Positions 37,872-47,897 of a stretch of DNA of 64,000 nucleotides are shown one piece after another. The stretch lies in assembly GCA_965204735.1 (NCBI GenBank), contig OZ242008.1, positions 1,536,001-1,600,000 on the forward strand, read 5' to 3'. The position numbers and the translations under genes are program-made. Source of the DNA: Longimicrobiales bacterium. GTDB taxonomy: Bacteria > Gemmatimonadota > Gemmatimonadetes > Longimicrobiales > Gaopeijiaceae. The notes below the pieces were generated by a model that searched no databases, was not told the DNA's origin, and saw only the letters and a list, made by a program, of their open reading frames with translations. Position 1 is the first letter of the stretch. Every line of letters begins with the position of its first letter.

Positions 37872-37943
37872 GGCGCCGTAGCCAAGTGGTAAGGCGGAGG
37901 TCTGCAAAACCTCTATTCGGCGGTTCGAATCCGCCCGGCGCCT
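37872..37943 (+). tRNA. tRNA-Cys (GCA); CCA not encoded
   Basis: GGCGCCG/CGGCGCC acceptor stem, anticodon arm GAGGT-CTGCAAA-ACCTC, T loop TTCGAAT. Confidence 0.97.
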
Positions 37944-38017
37944 CTGCGATTCGGGCACCAGCCCAGATCTCCGGGGACTATTGCCGCCCCATGGGCACTC
38001 GCGCCGACAACGCCGCC

Positions 38018-38695
38018 ATGGCCTACATCCGACACGCCTTGCCGGAGGACGAGGGACCAGAGGCGGCGGCCCTTCGGGCGCGTCTCGCTGGACCAGGCGG
38101 GCTGGACCACATTCTGGCCGTCCACTCCCTGAACCCGCCGTCGCTGGAGCACCACTACGTCCTGTACAGCCACCTGATGCGGGGGCCGTCGCCGCTTTCC
38201 CGCGCCCAGCGCGAGATGATCGCCGTCGCGGTGTCGGCCGAGAACGACTGCTTCTACTGAATCAACCACCACGGGGCGGGTCTCCGTCGGCTGGCAGGCG
38301 TCGAGTTCGCCAAAGCTCTTGCCCGGGGGCGGCGGCCTGCATCTCTGGACGCGCGGGACGTCGCCATGCTGGCGTACGCCGTCAAGCTCACCCGCGACCC
38401 CGGCGGCATGACCGCCGGCGACGTCGAGACCCTTCGCCGGGCGGGCTTCGACGACCCGGCGATCCTGGACATCTGCCAAGTGACGGCGTACTACGCCTAC
38501 GTGAACCGCCTGGCCGACGGCCTGGGGGTCGAGCTGGAGGAGCGCTGGTGCCCGGAGGAGCTGGTGCTGTCCCGCAGCGAGTTCGAAGCGATCCGAGCCG
38601 AGAAGCGCGTACCCCGGGTGGAGCAGACCGGCAACTTGGGCTCCCCTCCGCGACGCCCTTCCGCCGTGCAGCCGACAGCGCCAGCGACCTCGTGA
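38018..38695 (+). CDS. AhpD/CMD-family peroxidase-related enzyme, probable selenoprotein (CxxU; UGA at 38258-38260)
   Basis: Track ORFs 37823..38260 and 38366..38695 are in the same frame, separated only by TGA. Read-through gives LSRAQREMIAVAVSAENDCFY-U-INHHGAGL...YAVKLT...YVNRLADGLGV, which fits the family CxYCxxxH motif. Confidence 0.85.
38271..38287 (+). promoter_or_regulatory. Candidate bacterial SECIS hairpin
   Basis: ACGGGG-CGGGU-CUCCGU stem-loop (6 bp including one G-U) starting 10 nt after the UGA, with a G-rich apical loop. Confidence 0.65.
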
Positions 38696-40284
38696 TCGTC
38701 CTGGACGGCTGCGGGCTTGATCTGGCCCAGATCGAAGCCGTTGCCTGCGAGCGGGCCGCCGTTCGGCTCGACGAAGACGCAAGGGCGCAAGTGCGTCGCT
38801 CCCGCGCCACCTTGGAACGGCTGCTGGAGGAGGACGTTCGCGTGTACGGGGTCACCACCGGCTTCGGGCGATTGGCCGACGTGGCGGTTGCCCGCGACGA
38901 CCAGCGCGCCCTGCAACGGAACTTGGTGCGAAGCCACGCGGCCGGGACGGGACGCCCGCTCTCGGTCGAAGAAGTCCGAGCGGTTCTGGTCCTCCGCGCC
39001 AACGCGCTGGCCCGGGGCCACTCGGGCGTGCGGCTCGTGGTGGTGGAGCGGCTGATCGAGATGCTCAACCGCGGCGTCCACCCGGTCGTGCCGGAGATCG
39101 GGTCGGTGGGCGCCAGCGGCGACTTGGCCCCCCTGGCCCACGTGGCTCTGGCGCTCACGGGCGAGGGCAGGGCCCAAGGACCGGACGGCGAAGCCGAAGC
39201 GGCCGAAGTGCTGGCGGAGGCCGGCATCGCGCCCCTGGAGCTGGCCGAGAAGGAGGGAGTCGCCCTCGTCAACGGCACCCAGGCGACAACGGCCGTGGGC
39301 GCCCTCGCCCTGCGGCGCTTTGCCCGCGCCCTTGACGCGGCGGACGTGGCGGGGGCCGCCAGCCTGGAAGGGCTCATGGGCACGCCCGACGCCTTCCGCC
39401 CCGAGATTCACGCCGTCCGCCCCCACCCGGGCCAGGCGGCCAGCGCGGCTCGACTGTGGGAGCTCCTCCAGGACTCGGAGATCCGCGAGTCCCACCGCCA
39501 CGACGACCCCCGAGTGCAGGACGCGTACTCGCTCCGCTGCATGCCCCAGGTCCACGGGGCTGCCCGCGAAGCGCTGGAGTACGCGTCGCGGATCGTCGCC
39601 ACCGAAGCCAACTCCACCACCGACAACCCGCTGGTGCTGCCGGACGCCGCCGCCGAACCGGCGCCGACCGCCGGACCAACGCCCGCGGCCAAGCCGGAGC
39701 GCGCCCTGGGCGCGGTGCTGAGCGGCGGCAACTTCCATGCCCAGATCGTCGCCCAGTGCCTCGACCTGGCGGCGATCGCCGCCGCCGACGTGGCCTCGAT
39801 CTCCGAGCGCCGGACCGACCGTCTCCTCAACCCCGACCTCTCGGGGCTGCCGGCCTTCCTCACGCGCCGGCCCGGCGTCTGCTCCGGCTTCATGATCGCC
39901 CAGATCACCGCCGCCGACGCGCTGTCGGAGATGCGCGTACTGGCCACGCCCGCCAGCGTGGACTCGGTGCCGACCAGCGCCTCGCGCGAGGATCACGTCT
40001 CCATGGGAATGGCGGCGGCCCGCAAGTTCCGCCGAAGCATGGAGCTGCTGGAGACGGTGCTGGCAGTGGAGCTGCTGTGCGCCGCCCAGGCCGTCGAGTT
40101 CCACCGCCCGCTCCGGGCCGGTCGCGGGGTCGAAGAAGCCGTGGCGGCGGTGCGCCGGTGCTCGCCTCCGCTGGACGAGGACCGGTCGCTGGGCGACGAC
40201 TTGGAGGCGGTCGCCGAGATGCTTCGCGAAGGGGACTTCGCCGCCGCCCGGATCGAAGGAGAGACCGAAGGAGACAGCGCATGA
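38692..40284 (+). CDS. hutH: Histidine ammonia-lyase
   Basis: [19 protein letters not shown]-forming [21 protein letters not shown] and EDHVSMG motifs; GTG overlaps the upstream TGA. Confidence 0.95.
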   Translation: MIVLDGCGLDLAQIEAVACERAAVRLDEDARAQVRRSRATLERLLEEDVRVYGVTTGFGRLADVAVARDDQRALQRNLVRSHAAGTGRPLSVEEVRAVLVLRANALARGHSGVRLVVVERLIEMLNRGVHPVVPEIGSVGASGDLAPLAHVALALTGEGRAQGPDGEAEAAEVLAEAGIAPLELAEKEGVALVNGTQATTAVGALALRRFARALDAADVAGAASLEGLMGTPDAFRPEIHAVRPHPGQAASAARLWELLQDSEIRESHRHDDPRVQDAYSLRCMPQVHGAAREALEYASRIVATEANSTTDNPLVLPDAAAEPAPTAGPTPAAKPERALGAVLSGGNFHAQIVAQCLDLAAIAAADVASISERRTDRLLNPDLSGLPAFLTRRPGVCSGFMIAQITAADALSEMRVLATPASVDSVPTSASREDHVSMGMAAARKFRRSMELLETVLAVELLCAAQAVEFHRPLRAGRGVEEAVAAVRRCSPPLDEDRSLGDDLEAVAEMLREGDFAAARIEGETEGDSA

Positions 40285-41966
40285 CCAACGGGAACACGGC
40301 CGACACGGCGGCTGCGCCGGCTGCCCGCACCGTCCGCGCCCCCAGGGGCGCCGAGCTCCGGTGCAAGGGCTGGACTCAAGAGGCGGCCCTTCGGATGCTC
40401 ATGAACAACCTGGACCCGGACGTCGCCGAGAACCCCGACGAGCTGGTGGTCTACGGCGGGACCGGCAAGGCGGCGCGGAGCTGGGCCGCCTTCGACGCCA
40501 TCGTCGCCGCGCTCCGGGAGCTGGAGGACGACGAGACGCTGCTCGTCCAGTCCGGCAAGCCCGTGGGCGTCTTCCGCACCCACCGCCACGCGCCCCGGGT
40601 CCTCATCGCCAACGCCAACTTGGTGGGCCGATGGGCGACCTGGGACCACTTCCACCAGCTGGAGCGCGCAGGGCTGACGATGTACGGGCAGATGACCGCC
40701 GGCTCGTGGATATACATCGGCACCCAGGGCATCCTTCAAGGCACCTACGAGACCTTCGGCGCAATGGCCCGGACCCACTTCGACGGCTCGCTGGCGGGGC
40801 GGTGGATACTCACGGGCGGGATGGGGGGAATGGGCGGCGCACAGCCCCTGGCCGCCACGATGAACGGCGCGGCGGTGCTGGTGGTGGAGGTGGACCCTCG
40901 ACGGATCCGCCGGCGGATCGAGACCCGCTACTGCCAGCGCATGACGGCCGACCTGGACGAAGCCCTGCGGTGGATCGGGTCGGCGACTCGCGACGGCCGC
41001 GCCCTTTCGGTCGGGCTGGCCGGCAACTGCGCCGAAGTGCTGCCCGCCCTGCTGGAGCGGGGCGCCACGCCGGATGTCGTCACGGACCAGACCTCGGCCC
41101 ACGACCCCTTGAGCTACATTCCGGCGGGCTGCACCGTCGCCGAAGCCGCCGCGCTCCGCGAGAGCGACCCGGAGGAGTACCGGAAACGGTCGACGGCGTC
41201 GATCCGGACGCACTGCGAAGCAATCGTCGAGATGTCGCGCCGGGGCGCCGTGGCCGTGGACTACGGCAACAACTTGCGGGGCTGCGCCAAGGAGGCGGGC
41301 TTCGCAGAGGCGTTCTCGTATCCCGGGTTCGTGCCGGCGTACGTGCGGCCGCTCTTCTGCCAGGGGAAGGGACCGTTCCGCTGGGCGGCCCTCTCCGGCG
41401 ACCCTGCCGACATCCACCGCACCGACGACCTGGCGCTGGAGCTCTTCCCCGAGGACGACCACCTGGGGCGCTGGATACGCCTGGCTCGGGAGCAGGTCGC
41501 GTTCCAGGGGCTTCCGGCACGGATCTGCTGGCTGGGGCAGGGCGAGCGCGCCCGCTTCGGGGTCGCGCTCAACGACTTGGTGGCCCGAGGCGAGGTGGGC
41601 GCGCCGATCGTCATCGGCCGCGACCACCTGGACACGGGCTCGGTGGCGTCGCCGTACCGGGAGACGGAGGCGATGCGCGACGGCACCGACGCCGTGGCCG
41701 ACTGGCCCGTCCTGAACGCGCTGCTGAACACGGCTTCGGGCGCGAGCTGGGTGTCCTTCCACCACGGCGGCGGCGTGGGGATCGGCGACTCCCTCCACGC
41801 CGGACAGGTCTTGGTGGCCGACGGGACCCCGGAGATGGCCCTGCGGATCGAGCGCGTCCTGACCAACGACCCTGGAATCGGCGTCGCCCGCCACGCCGAC
41901 GCGGGCTACGCGGAGGCGGTCGCGACGGCTCGCGCCGCCGGGATCAAGCTCCCAATGGGCTCGTAG
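40281..41966 (+). CDS. hutU: Urocanate hydratase
   Basis: [40 protein letters not shown] and HHGGGVG motifs; ATGA overlap with hutH. Confidence 0.97.
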   Translation: MTNGNTADTAAAPAARTVRAPRGAELRCKGWTQEAALRMLMNNLDPDVAENPDELVVYGGTGKAARSWAAFDAIVAALRELEDDETLLVQSGKPVGVFRTHRHAPRVLIANANLVGRWATWDHFHQLERAGLTMYGQMTAGSWIYIGTQGILQGTYETFGAMARTHFDGSLAGRWILTGGMGGMGGAQPLAATMNGAAVLVVEVDPRRIRRRIETRYCQRMTADLDEALRWIGSATRDGRALSVGLAGNCAEVLPALLERGATPDVVTDQTSAHDPLSYIPAGCTVAEAAALRESDPEEYRKRSTASIRTHCEAIVEMSRRGAVAVDYGNNLRGCAKEAGFAEAFSYPGFVPAYVRPLFCQGKGPFRWAALSGDPADIHRTDDLALELFPEDDHLGRWIRLAREQVAFQGLPARICWLGQGERARFGVALNDLVARGEVGAPIVIGRDHLDTGSVASPYRETEAMRDGTDAVADWPVLNALLNTASGASWVSFHHGGGVGIGDSLHAGQVLVADGTPEMALRIERVLTNDPGIGVARHADAGYAEAVATARAAGIKLPMGS

Positions 41967-41972
41967 TGCTCC

Positions 41973-43601
41973 CTATGGGCCCGAAGGGTTCGTGACCGGC
42001 CCCAGTCGCCGCGCGGCCTTGCCGAACGCCCGGGCGATCTCCTCCTCCCGCGGATGCCGGCCGTCCTCGATCACCTGGACGCCGCCCACGAAGACGTGCC
42101 GCACGGGGCTGTCGGTTCCCGAGAACACCCACGAGTCCAGCACGGCGCGCCCGTCGCGCCCCACCAGCGCCGGATGGTCCGCGTCGAGGACCACGAAGTC
42201 GGCCCTCCGTCCCACCGTCGCCTGCCCTCCGTCCCACGCCAGCGCTTGGGCGCCGTGGCGCCAAGCCCGATCCAGCAACGCGCCGCCCGGCCCGGCAAGA
42301 ACGTTCCGGCCCGACGCCGCCGAGTCCGGCGCCCCCTCGTGCGCCGCCGTGCTTCGGGTCCGCAGGACCAGCCGCTGGCCGTAGTCCAGCAGTCGGAGCT
42401 CCTCCACGGGGCTGCGGGAGACGTGACTGTCGGTCCCGATCCCGAACCGCCCTCCGCAGCCGACGAAGGACGCAAGCGGGAAGAGCCCGTCGCCCAGGTT
42501 GGCCTCGGTCGTGGGGCACAATCCGACCACGGCCCGGCTCGCGGCGATCCCCCGCACCTCGGAGTCGGCGACGCGGGTGGCGTGGACCAGACACCAGCGG
42601 TCGTCCACCGGCGCGTTGTCCAGCAGCCACTCGACGGGGCGAGCGCCCCTGGCCGCCAGGCACTCGCGCACCTCCCGCTCCTGCTCCGCGACGTGAATAT
42701 GCACGGGCGACCGACCGGCGCGCGGCGCTCCGAGCGATCTTCGGCGGGGCGAACGCCCGCCCTGCATCTGCGCCCCAGGCGACTCGCGGCCGGACGACGG
42801 GCCGCCACCCTCGCTCGCAGGTGCCACGGGCGACGGGGCAGTTCGCGATGGCGACTCTCGACTGGACGACGGGCCGCCGCCCTCGCTGCTCTCCAGGAAG
42901 TCGGCGATCCGCGCGAACGACTCGCTGGACACTGCGCGCAAGCTGTGGACCGCCCATCCCAGGCGTCGTCCGGCCCGGTCGTGGTCGGAGCGACTGCCCT
43001 CGCCGGCGCCGCCCAAGTCGGGACCGAGGGCCTCCCGCAGGCGCACGACCCCTTCCAACTCCATCTGGAAGCGCCGCTGTCCCTCCTTGAGCGGCTCCGC
43101 GGCGAACCCCCCCGTCTCGTACACGACGGGCATGTGGACAAGCCCGATCCCGGCCTGGGTCGCCGCCCGAAGTATGCGCCGGCTCGTCTCCGCCTCGTCG
43201 TCGTACGCGCCGCCGCCGGGCGGGCGGTGCAGGTAGTGGAACTCGCCCACGCAGGTGAAGCCGGCCTTCAGCATCTCGACGTACAGCTGGGCGGCGACCG
43301 CTTCGATGTCGTCGGGCGAGATCCTCTCCAGAAAGCGGTACATGACTTCGCGCCAGCGCCAGAACGAACTTGTCCGGCGACCAGTTCTCCCGCCGCCCTC
43401 CGCCAACCCGGCCATCGCCCGCTGGAAGGCGTGGCTGTGAACGTTCGGCACGCCGGGAACCGTCCACCCCGGGATCCGGGCGCTGCCGTCGCCCCCGTCG
43501 GCGGGCGCCCGCGAGCGGATCCGGCCCTCTTCGTCTACCCGGACCAGGACGTCGCGCCGCCACCGGCCGCCCTCCAGCAGCCGGTCGAAGCGGAGGATCA
43601 A
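41973..43601 (-). CDS. hutF: Formimidoylglutamate deiminase with low-complexity insertion
   Basis: NVHSHAFQRAMAG, GEFHYLH, HSLRAV, HIHVAEQ, CPTTEANLGDG and GTDSH motifs; adjacent to hutU. Confidence 0.93.
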   Translation of the reverse strand: MILRFDRLLEGGRWRRDVLVRVDEEGRIRSRAPADGGDGSARIPGWTVPGVPNVHSHAFQRAMAGLAEGGGRTGRRTSSFWRWREVMYRFLERISPDDIEAVAAQLYVEMLKAGFTCVGEFHYLHRPPGGGAYDDEAETSRRILRAATQAGIGLVHMPVVYETGGFAAEPLKEGQRRFQMELEGVVRLREALGPDLGGAGEGSRSDHDRAGRRLGWAVHSLRAVSSESFARIADFLESSEGGGPSSSRESPSRTAPSPVAPASEGGGPSSGRESPGAQMQGGRSPRRRSLGAPRAGRSPVHIHVAEQEREVRECLAARGARPVEWLLDNAPVDDRWCLVHATRVADSEVRGIAASRAVVGLCPTTEANLGDGLFPLASFVGCGGRFGIGTDSHVSRSPVEELRLLDYGQRLVLRTRSTAAHEGAPDSAASGRNVLAGPGGALLDRAWRHGAQALAWDGGQATVGRRADFVVLDADHPALVGRDGRAVLDSWVFSGTDSPVRHVFVGGVQVIEDGRHPREEEIARAFGKAARRLGPVTNPSGP

Positions 43602-43670
43602 GGACGGCGAGCCCGTTCCCCTGCCGTAGGCCGTAGAGGGTCGACCTGGTACGACCAGTGGAGCGAGCCG

Positions 43671-45050
43671 TCAGCCGCCGCGGCGACGAGCCGGCTTTCG
43701 GGTTGGCTTGCCCTTGGGCGGCGGCGGACGACGAGCGGGCCGAACCTTGGGCGCAGGGCGCTTGGCCGGTGCCGGTCGGGCTTTGGGCGGCGACCTGCGA
43801 GGCGCGGGCCGAACCTTGGTCGATGGCCGCCCCGCAGGTGAGGGTCGGGCCCTTGCTGTGGGCCTGGTGCCCACCGCCGGAGTCGGGCGAGTCCGGGCCG
43901 TCGGACGAGTCCGGGCAGTCGGACGAGTCCGGGCAGTTGGCCGGTTCCGACTCGGCGCCTCCGGTCGCACTGCTGGCCGAGTTCGTGCGGTCGGCCGGGG
44001 ATGTGCGGCTGGCCGGGGACGCGCGGTCGGCCTGGTCCGCGCCTCCGGCCGAGTTCGCGCAGTCGGTCGGGTTCGCGCCTCCGGCCGAGTTCGTGCGGTC
44101 GGCCGAGTTCGCGCAGTCGGTCGGGTCCGCGCCTCCGGCCGAGTTCGCGCAGTCGGTCGGGTCCGCGCCTCCGGCCGAGTCCGCGCGGTCGGTCGGGTCC
44201 GCGCCTCCGGCCGAGTCCGCACCGTCGGCCTGGTCCGCGCCTCTGGCCTGGTCCGCGCCGTCGGCCGTGCTTGCGGCGTCTGGGCGCCGATGCGGCTCCG
44301 GGGCCGGGCTCGTCTGGTGGCCGTGTCCTCCGGCCTGGCCCGGCGGCCGGTCTCGGGCTGGAGCACATCCCTTCCGACGTCCCTGGGCACCGCTTTGGAA
44401 ACGGGCCGCTCGGGGCCGTTGTCCGTCACGTAGACCCTCGGATCGACCTTGTAGCGGGGACCGAACAGGGGCGATCGGCGCACCGCTCGGCCCGCCCCCG
44501 GGTGGACATCCCTGACCGCGTACCGACGGTAGCCGTACCCTGGACGGTAGTCGTAGTCGTACTCCCACCCGCTCCAGCGGCCGTAGTCCCACCAGCCGAC
44601 GGGTCCCCACAGATGCCGACGCGAGATCCGCCCGAAGCCGAAGCTGAAGGAGGGCCCCCACCAGATGCTCGGACCGCGGAACCAGAAACCCGACACCGGC
44701 GGCCGGACGTAATGCGACCATCGCCCGAAGCCGCCCCATGAGCATCCCATCCGGGGGCCGGTCCACGGATCGAACCATGGGTCGTGCCAGAAGGGGTCGT
44801 GCCAGAAGGGATCGTAGAGGTCGTCCCAGCAGCTCGAGTGGACGAACGCCGGATCGACCCGGTACCAGTGGCCGTGGGCGCCAGTGCTCCAGTACCCGAG
44901 GGAAAGCCCCCACACCGAATGTCCCAGGCCGCCGTTGGCCGCCAGCTCGATTCCCGACGTCGCGTGGTCGGCGACTTGGGCCGCCGCCGGCGTCGCCGCT
45001 GGAGCGAGCAGCGAGCACGTCGCCAGCATGATCCTTGCCCTGTGCCTCAT
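43671..45050 (-). CDS. Hypothetical secreted protein with a Trp/Tyr/Gly-rich domain and an Arg/Pro/Thr hexapeptide-repeat tail
   Basis: GGAGG RBS before ATG 45050; signal peptide MRHRARIMLATCSLLAPAATPAAAQ; HDPFW repeats; (T/E)ARTRP tandem repeats. Confidence 0.75.
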   Translation of the reverse strand: MRHRARIMLATCSLLAPAATPAAAQVADHATSGIELAANGGLGHSVWGLSLGYWSTGAHGHWYRVDPAFVHSSCWDDLYDPFWHDPFWHDPWFDPWTGPRMGCSWGGFGRWSHYVRPPVSGFWFRGPSIWWGPSFSFGFGRISRRHLWGPVGWWDYGRWSGWEYDYDYRPGYGYRRYAVRDVHPGAGRAVRRSPLFGPRYKVDPRVYVTDNGPERPVSKAVPRDVGRDVLQPETGRRARPEDTATRRARPRSRIGAQTPQARPTARTRPEARTRPTVRTRPEARTRPTARTRPEARTRPTARTRPEARTRPTARTRPTARTRPEARTRPTARTRPEARTRPTARPRPAAHPRPTARTRPAVRPEAPSRNRPTARTRPTARTRPTARTRPTPAVGTRPTARARPSPAGRPSTKVRPAPRRSPPKARPAPAKRPAPKVRPARRPPPPKGKPTRKPARRRGG

Positions 45051-45103
45051 GCGATCACCCTCCGTTCCCCTGTGTGAACGAGTCCGACGTCGCACGAAAT
45101 GAC

Positions 45104-45119
45104 TGCAATAAACGTGCCA
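45104..45119 (-). promoter_or_regulatory. Sigma54 (-24/-12) promoter
   Basis: Minus strand reads TGGCACG-TTTA-TTGCA, an exact match to TGGCACG-N4-TTGCW, ~54 nt upstream of ATG 45050. Confidence 0.8.
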
Positions 45120-45511
45120 ACAGCAACGCGCCGAGTCAAGGCAAGCCCCTCGGTCGTCGGAGCCGGTTCCACCGTCGCCGGGCTTGGCTCCCCTGTCCAT
45201 TTTCTGCGACAGCATCTGACCTGTTTCTTGGACACCCGGCGGACAACCGACGACGAGGCCAAGGCCCTTCGCGCCGACGCCCTTCGCCTCCCTCTCCTTC
45301 CCTCCGCCCTTGCCAACGGCGCGCAGAACGTCAACCTTGTTGCATGCTGTTCGCGCCAGCCGGTGTGGAAACCCGGCGGCGCCTGCATGGACGCCTCGGT
45401 TCAAGTCTACCGCTGTTCGTTGCGACTGTTGCGACCCACGGCCAGACGCCGGCCCGACGGCGGAACTCGCTTCATTTTCGTCAGCACTCAGCCGGAAAAG
45501 CGCAGAAGATC

Positions 45512-47272
45512 GTGAGCGATCAGCCTCTCCCGACATCCCAAGACCTCGATACGCAAGCCCGGACGGAAGCGGCGCCGCTCGACCGGGCTCCGACTGTCGA
45601 CCGGCCCGAGACGGACCAAGCTCCGGCCGCCGACCAAGCTCCAGTGCCGGAACGCACTCCGGCGGCCAGCCAGGCTCCAACGGCCGATCCGGCGGCCAGC
45701 CAGGCTCCAGCGGCTCCGGTGCCCGACCAAGCTTCAGTCGCGGAACGCATTCCGGCGGCCGACCGGGCTCAAGCGGTCGATCTGGCGGCCAGCCAAGCGC
45801 CGATGGCCAGCCAGGCTCCAACGGCCGATCCGGCGCCCGACCAGGCTCCCACGGCCAGCCAGGCTCCCACGACCGACCCGGCTCCCACGCCCGACCAGGC
45901 TCCCACGGCCGACCAAGCTCCGGCCACCACCCAAGCCCCAACAGCCGACCCGGCGTCCGCGGGCCAAGCCGCCTCCGCAGGCCCGCCGCCCATGGGCGGT
46001 CCGAACGAGCCGAGCGGTCGTCCCGCCAGCCGTCGCAGGCGGAGGGCCCGGGGCAGGGGCCGTCGGCGCAGGGGCCGCAGAAGCCCGGACGGGCCTGGGT
46101 CGAAGGTCTCGCCCGCCGAGCCCGAGGAGCGGCAGCCGGGGCAGTACCTGGGGGTCCTGGAGGTCCTGGGACGAGGGTCGGGCTTCATCCGCCGTCCCGA
46201 CGACGGGTACGTGCCCGGCAACGACGACGTCTACGTCGGCTCGCGCCTAATCCACCGCTTCGGCCTGCGGACCGGCGACGAGCTCTCGGGGACCGCGGGC
46301 CGCCGGCCGCGCAACGGGAAGAACCCCCCGCTCCAGTTCCTGGACGAGGTGAACGGCGGCCCCCCCGAGGAGGCTGCCAAGCGCCTCGACTTCAACCGCT
46401 TGAGCGCCATGCACCCCAAGGAGCAGCTCAAGCTGGAGTGCGGCCGAAGCTTCGCCGGCGAACCCGACATGACGAACCGGGTGATCGACTTGTTCTGCCC
46501 GCTGGGGAAGGGTCAGCGCGCACTGATCGTGGCCCCGGCCAAGGCGGGGAAGACCACGGTCCTCCAAGCCGTCGCCGAAGGGATCGTCAGCAACCACCCG
46601 GAGTGCGAGCTGATGATCCTCCTGGTGGACGAGCGCCCCGAGGAGGTCACGGAGATGGAGGCGTGCGGCTTCGGAGAGGTGATCGCGTCCACCTTCGACC
46701 TGACCCCGGAGCGTCACTGCAACGTGGCCGAGATGACGCTGGAGCGCGCGCGGCGACGGGTGGAGGCGGGCAAGGACGTGGTGATCATCCTCGACTCGAT
46801 CACCCGCCTGGCCCGTGCCCACAACACCGTGGAGGAGGGGAGCGGCCGGACCCTCTCCGGCGGGCTCGACGCCAACTCCCTCGAGAAGCCCAAGCGCTTT
46901 CTGGGGAGCGCCCGGCTGATCAAGGAGGAGCAGGGGGGCGGCTCCCTCACGATCATCGCCACGGCCCTGGTGGACACGGGCTCCCGGATGGACCAAGTGA
47001 TCTTCGAGGAGTTCAAGGGGACCGGAAACAGCGAGCTGGTCCTGAGCCGCGAGCTGGCGGACCGGCGGATCTTTCCCGCAATCGACATCAAGTCGTCCGC
47101 CACTCGGAAGGAGGAGCTGCTGCTCTCCCACCCGGCCCTCGTCGTTTCCCGAGCAATGCGGCGCCAGCTCTCCAGCTCCTTTCCCGCCGAGGCGATGGAC
47201 GAGCTGCTGCGGGTCATGCGCCAGACCGGCTCCAACGACGAGCTGATCGAAGTGGCGAGGGAGCGGCTGTAG
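45512..47272 (+). CDS. rho: Transcription termination factor Rho with a long repetitive N-terminal region (start approximate)
   Basis: FGLRTGD, PLGKGQRALIVAPAKAGKT, LVDERPEEVT, LDSITRLARA and EEFKGTGNSEL motifs; GTG at 45512. Confidence 0.95.
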   Translation: MSDQPLPTSQDLDTQARTEAAPLDRAPTVDRPETDQAPAADQAPVPERTPAASQAPTADPAASQAPAAPVPDQASVAERIPAADRAQAVDLAASQAPMASQAPTADPAPDQAPTASQAPTTDPAPTPDQAPTADQAPATTQAPTADPASAGQAASAGPPPMGGPNEPSGRPASRRRRRARGRGRRRRGRRSPDGPGSKVSPAEPEERQPGQYLGVLEVLGRGSGFIRRPDDGYVPGNDDVYVGSRLIHRFGLRTGDELSGTAGRRPRNGKNPPLQFLDEVNGGPPEEAAKRLDFNRLSAMHPKEQLKLECGRSFAGEPDMTNRVIDLFCPLGKGQRALIVAPAKAGKTTVLQAVAEGIVSNHPECELMILLVDERPEEVTEMEACGFGEVIASTFDLTPERHCNVAEMTLERARRRVEAGKDVVIILDSITRLARAHNTVEEGSGRTLSGGLDANSLEKPKRFLGSARLIKEEQGGGSLTIIATALVDTGSRMDQVIFEEFKGTGNSELVLSRELADRRIFPAIDIKSSATRKEELLLSHPALVVSRAMRRQLSSSFPAEAMDELLRVMRQTGSNDELIEVARERL

Positions 47273-47297
47273 GCCAAAAGCCGTCCGCGGACGCCGG

Positions 47298-47897
47298 CTA
47301 TCGCGACTCGGCCGCGCCCTTCAGCCGCCGCAGGCTCTCTTCCAGCTGCCTCCCCTGGGAGTTCTCCATACCCAGGGCCGTCCATCCCATCAACGGGTTC
47401 CGTCCCAGGTCGGCCCGCTCGGTCCACTCCACGGTCGAACCGCCGGGCCGCGCGGCGACGGTCAGCGTTCCCTCGAAGCGGATCGCGCCGTCCTCCACCT
47501 CGACCAAGTAGCCGACGCTCCGGGGCGGGTCGGCGGCCACGATGGCGAGGAAGCCCGAGCCCATCCGGGGATCGTCCCAAGTACGACGCGCCCCAGGACC
47601 GGACGACGGTCCCTCGACGCGGGACTCGACTTCTCCCCAGGGCGTCCACTCGGCCCAGGCTTCCAGGTCGTTCAGCAGAGGGAAGACGGCTTCCGGCGCC
47701 GCGTCGATCTCGACGGAGCGAGCGACCTCCACCGTTCCGGGCAGAAGGAAGCCCGTAGCCAGGAACGCGGTCAGCAGCAGCGCCAGCGCGCCAAGGACCC
47801 GGGCCGCCCACCGAGCCGGAGAGGCCGCGCCGCCTCGGTGCCTCGGACCGCCCGACCCTGCGCCGAAGGAGGGCGCCCCCGCTCCGCCGGTCAGCAC
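47298..47897 (-). CDS. SRPBCC/polyketide-cyclase-like protein with N-terminal membrane anchor
   Basis: VARSVEIDAAPEAVFPLLNDLEAWAEWTPW after a hydrophobic helix; GTG overlaps the tesA-like stop. Confidence 0.8.
   Translation of the reverse strand: MLTGGAGAPSFGAGSGGPRHRGGAASPARWAARVLGALALLLTAFLATGFLLPGTVEVARSVEIDAAPEAVFPLLNDLEAWAEWTPWGEVESRVEGPSSGPGARRTWDDPRMGSGFLAIVAADPPRSVGYLVEVEDGAIRFEGTLTVAARPGGSTVEWTERADLGRNPLMGWTALGMENSQGRQLEESLRRLKGAAESR

Noticed and set aside
38258..38260. Nonsense-mutation pseudogene reading of the AhpD-like gene
   Set aside because: The stop is UGA exactly at a redox Cys position with a downstream hairpin, so Sec is more parsimonious (pending sel genes).
38692..41966. 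Ergothioneine/selenoneine catabolism by HutH/HutU homologues
   Set aside because: HutH keeps the MIO-forming ASG and HutU looks canonical, with hutF adjacent; ordinary histidine utilisation fits.
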